A program made the position numbers and the translations under genes. From Cladosporium halotolerans (lineage: Eukaryota): 64,000 bases of DNA. The stretch spans positions 1 through 64,000 of the forward strand of contig NW_027191506.1 of assembly GCF_011745625.1 (NCBI RefSeq), written 5' to 3'. Of the stretch, positions 59,255 to 64,000 are shown piece by piece. The notes below the pieces were generated by a model, which was not told the origin of the DNA, made no database searches, and saw nothing but the letters and a program-made list of their open reading frames with translations. Numbering within the stretch: position 1 is the first letter of the stretch; the number at the start of each line of letters is the position of its first letter.

Positions 59255-62200
59255 TTAACCTTTCTTAGGCCTTCCTCTCTTATTAGTCTTTATCCTTTTA
59301 GGTCTTCCTCTTCCCTTCTTACTAGGTTCTCTCTTCGGAGTATTTTCTTTTATATTTAAATTAATATTAATCTTCTCTTCTTCTTCTCTTTCTTTTTCTC
59401 TTTCTTCCTCTTCCTCTTCTCCTTCTTCTTCTTCTAAAGATAGACTATCTCGATTAATATAAGATCTTTTAGAGTTAATATTAGATCTAGCTATACTAGA
59501 ATCTCTCTCTTTACGAGAATTAGATATAGATCTATTATCTAAAGAGCTATAAAAAGCTAAAGGCGGAGTAGCTAGTTCTAAATTATCTAAACTTAAATCT
59601 ATAGGATTATTATAAGTAGGAGATTCTAAATTAGTAGTATTAATAAAATCCTCTATTTCCTTATTTTTAGGAGGCGATTTAATATTATCTAAAGCTTTTA
59701 GATTAGTAGAATCTAATTTATTAGTATATTTATTAGTATCTAAAGAATTAGAGCTAGAATCTATGATAATTCGCTTATCTAAATTAGGTATATTCCTTTT
59801 AGAAGATAGGTTCTTATTTAATATATTAGAAGAGCTACTAGACGAGCTACTAGAAGAGCTACTAGTCGAACTTCTCTCTAAAATATCCTTATCCTTTATA
59901 GTAGTAGGAGCTATAGAATTAGCGTTAATATCTAAAGATTTAAAGCTAGAGCTAGAGCTAGAGCTAGAACTAGAACTAGAACTAGAGCTAGAGCTAGAGC
60001 TAGAACTAACCCTAGAATTAGATTTTAGTAGATCCTTAGGATTAAAATCCTCTATTATAGTATCTATAGTAATATCTTTATCTAAATTAAAATAATTAAA
60101 GTAAATTTTAGAATATTCTAACGATCTAATAGTTATATCTCTAGTTTTATTACTAAAATAGTTCTCTTCTCTAGCGTAGTTTAGATTAGACGTTAAGCTA
60201 GATCTATTAGCTAATATATCCTCTATTCTATTAGGTTCTTTTCTTTTATTATTATTATTTTTAGTAGGACTTAGTAGGTTAAGATTATTATTAAGAATCT
60301 TTTCTTTAATTATATAAGTAATTAAATACCGATAAGGCTTTAGGGTTAGACCTTTACTAAAGTATAGTTTAGTCTCTCTAAAAAGTAAAATACTTAATCT
60401 AGTAGAACTTATTAAAGTCTTATTATTTTTTAAAAAAAGCTTAGTTTCGATAGTTTTATAGTTTAGGTAAGTAAAGTTAAGATAGTCGATAAACGGTCTA
60501 AGGATAGTAATATAATATATAACGACTCTAGTAAGTCGAGGAGGTAGATATCTGATATTTTTATTATCTAACTTAGTAAAATCTCGACTTTTACTATAGC
60601 TAGTATTAATAGCTATTAAGTTAGACTCTCTATTAAAAAAGATATTTCTAAATTTACTAATATTACTATTTTTATAATTTAGAATAATAATTTCTTCTCC
60701 TCTTAGAGGACTACTAGTTAATAGATAGATATTTAATACTAGTAATTCTAGAAATCGATCTAGCTTTTTAAGATATTCCTTTATATTACTTAGGAGGTTA
60801 TCTCCTCTATTAAGGAAGTTATTAATAAGGGTATTAGGATCGAGAAAGCGCTCGATAAGTATATCTCTAAACCTACTTAGATAAGTAGTAGTAGATAGGT
60901 TATAGTAAGGAGTTCTATTATCTATATTATCGTCTATTCTCGAATAGTCTATATCGATAGTATTATTATAAAGGCTATCGTTTTTAAAGAGAAGTAACTC
61001 TCTAAAGAGTAAACTCTCTATATTAGTTAAGATATTATTAAATAGATTTTTTAGTCTAGGTATATAAATATTAATATTATCGATAGCGATCGTATTATTA
61101 TCGATCTCTCTAATCGGTTTATAAGAGCTAACTATTTTATAATTATAATATTTCAATTTATTCCTAATATAATATAGTTCGCTAAAATAGTTATTAGAAT
61201 TAATACTTAGAAGATTTTCTAGAGTACTTTTAAAGAATAGAGTAGGATCTTCGATATAATCCTCTTTACTATAAATCTTATAATTTAAATATCCGAGAGT
61301 ATATAATCTACTATTATATATAATAGCCGAAATAGCTTTTTCTAAAGTATCTTATCTTTTAAAACTATTAGAAGTCCTTTCTAAACTTCTTATAATATAG
61401 AAAGTTAAGGTAGGATTATTAAAGTCTCTATTAGATAGAAGGTCGACTTCTAACTCTATAGAGAGAAGTTTATTAAAAAGTTTAAGAATAAGTATCCTTA
61501 TATTATATAATTCTTTAGGATTTAAGGTATTATCTTTACTATTAGTTAGGATTTCTTTATAATATTTTAGGTCCTCTATAATATTTAATATATCTTCGTT
61601 AATAATAGGCGTATTATAAATATCTTTAGATTTAGTACTAATATTATAGATATAGACTAGTAGTAAGCTAAATTCTCTAAAGTAGGATCTTTTCGTTTCT
61701 TTCTCTAAAGCTTTAAAAGGTCTAATCTCTCTATTAGTAGAATTAGAATTAGTATTATTAATAAGTATTCTAGTACTTAGAGATAATAAATCTATATCTA
61801 AGGATATTTCGTCTCCTAAAGTAATAGTAAGATTATAGAGTATATTTAAAAAGGTATCTTTAGCTTCTAAATCTTTATAGATAAAATCGTTAAGGATAGA
61901 TAGATCTTTTCCTTCTAAGTATTTATAAAAATTAGTAGTTCTATTAAGGAAAGATCCTTCTTTATTAATATTAGTAATAGTATCTTCCTTATATATAGTA
62001 GAATTAGCTATAGTATTATACTCTATATTGAAGTTATTAATTAGATCCTTAGAAGAAGGATTATTTAAATTAGATCTAAGTCTTAAGTTAGAGCTCCGAT
62101 TAGAGCTATTACTATTAGTTATATTAGTATTAATATTAGGTAGCTTAGGTATAAAGGTTATAGTCCTATTATATTTAAAACCTTTAATAATAGTAAGAGG

Positions 62201-62778
62201 GATATCTTCTAATATATTAGGATTCTTAATATTACTAATACTCTTAAGCTTATATTTATCGATTAAATATATAGATACTACTTTATAATTAATATTAGTA
62301 AAAGAATCTACTTTAGATTTATACCCTTCTAAAGTTAGAGGTAGGTCTTTATAATAATATTTATTAAATTCTAATTTTTCTAGATCCTCTAAGGAATAAA
62401 ATCCTTTATTAGTTATAAAAGGCTCTATAGTATTAAGAATTAGATTAGTAGATTTTATATTAGTTTTATTATTAGAAAGATAATCTTTAAGGTGATTTTT
62501 CTACGAAAATATTAGTAAAAGGACTTTTTAATAAATTAAAGAATAGATAAACTTACTTTTAGGTGGTTTTTTATAGTATTATAAGTAGGATTTATATATA
62601 TTTTACACTTTCGGCAAATTATTATCTTTATATCTTCTAAATATAATATAGGAGTATTAGGTAGACCTATAGTAGAGCTAGGTTTAATTTTATTAAAACT
62701 ATCCTTAGTATAAGGCTTTAGATCTTCGAGAAGATTATTAAAATCTACGTTAAAATAATTCTTAATAAGGTTCGACAT
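59255..62778 (-). pseudogene. Full-length DUF3505 C2H2 + YR-like + AT-hook gene (copy F), ~1155 codons, 2 exons, one internal TAA
   Basis: Exon 1 is 62778-62557. The intron 62556-62501 reads GTAAGT...TACTAAT...TAG. Exon 2 (62500-59255) is in frame with the 633-aa ORF. Hand translation finds only one internal stop, at 61352-61354. Motifs are ICRKC...NHLK|KNH, SSPLRGEE, YSKSR, PYRY, ANRS...NYARE and GRGRPKR...RGRPKK. Confidence 0.85.
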
Positions 62779-62924
62779 TTTTTAAAAGTAATAGATCTTT
62801 TAAAAAGATTTTTAATTTAGTAAAATCCGAGGGATAGTCGATAAAGTAATCGATAAAGTAATAATCGATAGAAAAGAAGAGGAAAGGGTAGAGAAAGGAA
62901 AAGCGAAAAAGAAGTCCTTAGATC

Positions 62925-63037
62925 TTCCCTATCTACCCCTCTCTACCCTTCTCTACCCTTCTCTACCCTTCTCTACCCTTCTCTACCCCTCTCTACCTCT
63001 TTCTACCCCTCTTTTCCCCTCTCTACCCCTCTTTTCC
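62925..63037. repeat. 10-bp tandem repeat (CTCTACCCYT)n upstream of copy F
   Basis: About 10 consecutive units such as CTCTACCCTT, CTCTACCCCT and CTTTTCCCCT. Confidence 0.9.
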
Positions 63038-63418
63038 CGGTAGATATATCGGTAATAAGCCCGGCTTTATTAATAAAAGAAAAGGGAGCGGACGGAAGCG
63101 GAGCCTTAACCCTAACCCTTAGATAAAGACGAATATAATAATATAAATAGTCCGGATTTTAATAGTAATATAGAAGGATTAAGTCTAAGGGAGCCTTAAT
63201 TATTACCTACTAATATATTCTCTTATCTTTAGAGATAATAGTAAGTACTTTCTCCTTTATAAAAAATAATAAAAAGGCTAGTTAAGATTACTAACTAAAG
63301 TTATAGATTTAGTTATAAGCTTTCTAGGAAAAGACGTTTATACTCTCGACTTTATTAAAGAGACTAGAGAGATCTATATTTCGAGTTCTTTAAGCTCGGA
63401 AAAAATTATCGATCTCCT

Positions 63419-63622
63419 TGTTACAGTGAAGTGAAGTCAGGACTCAGGTCACATGACTTGGTCACGTGACTCGGGTCGGGTCACGTGACTCGCGAAGCCA
63501 CGCCTGGAGGGCGCTTGGCAGCTGCGTACGGCTCACCTGCGGAGCGTAGGGGACTCGTCCGCAAAGTAGCGATTAGTCTTGTACTGGGAGCAGTGATTGC
63601 TCAGCAGTGTCCTATACGTTGC
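63419..63622 (+). repeat. GC-richer, non-RIP LTR-like fragment inside the AT-rich block
   Basis: It starts TGTTACA, contains three GGTCAC(A/G)TGACT units and has normal CA/TG content. No matching TAACA end was found. Confidence 0.6.
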
Positions 63623-63643
63623 GAGATTTATCTTTTTAGATAA

Positions 63644-64000
63644 TCCTTTATCAGTCTCCCCGATACGACTCTATTAAATAAAGTAGGAGATAATCTAATA
63701 GACTTAGACTACTTTAAAGATCTTAAGAAAGTCCCGTACTTTCTAGATAGAATAATTACGCCGGGAACTCCGTATAATACTAAACTACTTAAAGGACTAA
63801 AAGATAATAAACTAATCTTTAAATCTAATAAAATAGAGAAGTATAATAGGGATATTAATCGATTTCTAGAGTACCTTACTCTAGCTATCCTATTATTTAG
63901 CGGAGGTCCTTTAAGAGCTCCCGAGCTAACTACTATAATATATAAGAATATAGAGTCGAAGAATCGCTCGCTACTTTATAATAAAGATAATAACCTATTT
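63644..64000 (+). pseudogene. CpA/TpG-depleted YR-family fragment (copy G), running off the window
   Basis: The open frame reads ...IEKYNRDINRFLEYLTLAILLFSGGPLRAPELTTIIYKNIESKNRSLLYNKDNNLF. This is homologous to FLELLVLNIYLLTSSPLRGEEIIILNYKN in copy F. Confidence 0.8.

Larger units (their letters stand above)
58135..64000. mobile_element. AT-rich, CpA/TpG-depleted (RIP-signature) block carrying DUF3505-YR genes
   Basis: About three-quarters A+T in the lines I sampled. TpA is abundant, CA/TG is nearly absent and CpG is retained. The left border is sharp. Confidence 0.9.

Noticed and set aside
59763..60095. Plus-strand ORF with an (LE)n repeat, and ORF 62028-62288
   Set aside because: These are antisense shadows of the poly-Ser and Asn-rich parts of copy F.
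62925..63037. CRISPR-like or true telomere array
   Set aside because: The context is eukaryotic, the 10-bp units have no spacers and are not TTAGGG, and the TTAGGG tracts elsewhere are only about two units long.

Overview
This is fungal (filamentous ascomycete) genomic DNA from a repeat-rich, probably accessory or subtelomeric region. Evidence includes GT/GC-AG introns with CTAAC/CTGAC branch sites, Zn2Cys6 factors, Tad1-like LINEs and RIP signatures. 0-5.5 kb holds nested transposons: a pogo/Fot1 end and two LINEs. 8-32.5 kb is a metal/phosphate cassette: a PiT/Pho89 symporter, a divergent ferric reductase and multicopper oxidase with a Met-rich insert, an HSL-family hydrolase, a G/Q/H/Y-rich protein, a Zrc1/Cot1-like CDF zinc transporter and a Pca1-like P1B ATPase. 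It resembles the cargo of metal-resistance Starships, but no DUF3435 captain is visible. 32.7-64 kb contains at least seven copies or fragments of one gene family. The family has a DUF3505/OrsD-like Zn-finger N-terminus and a domain whose R...K...R...H...Y motif order looks like a tyrosine recombinase (YR). One copy is fused to a RecQ-type helicase. Three related Zn2Cys6 genes and a Grg1/ccg-1 homolog are interspersed. The most striking item is in the AT-rich block at 58.1-64 kb. It is a spliced ~1155-codon DUF3505-YR-AT-hook gene (62778->59255) almost devoid of CpA/TpG, with no Gln or Trp. It uses Met, Cys and His only for the start codon and four zinc ligands, and has a single internal stop. 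This suggests a mobile-element lineage recoded to be largely immune to RIP. All family assignments come from motif recognition and hand translation; no database searches were run.
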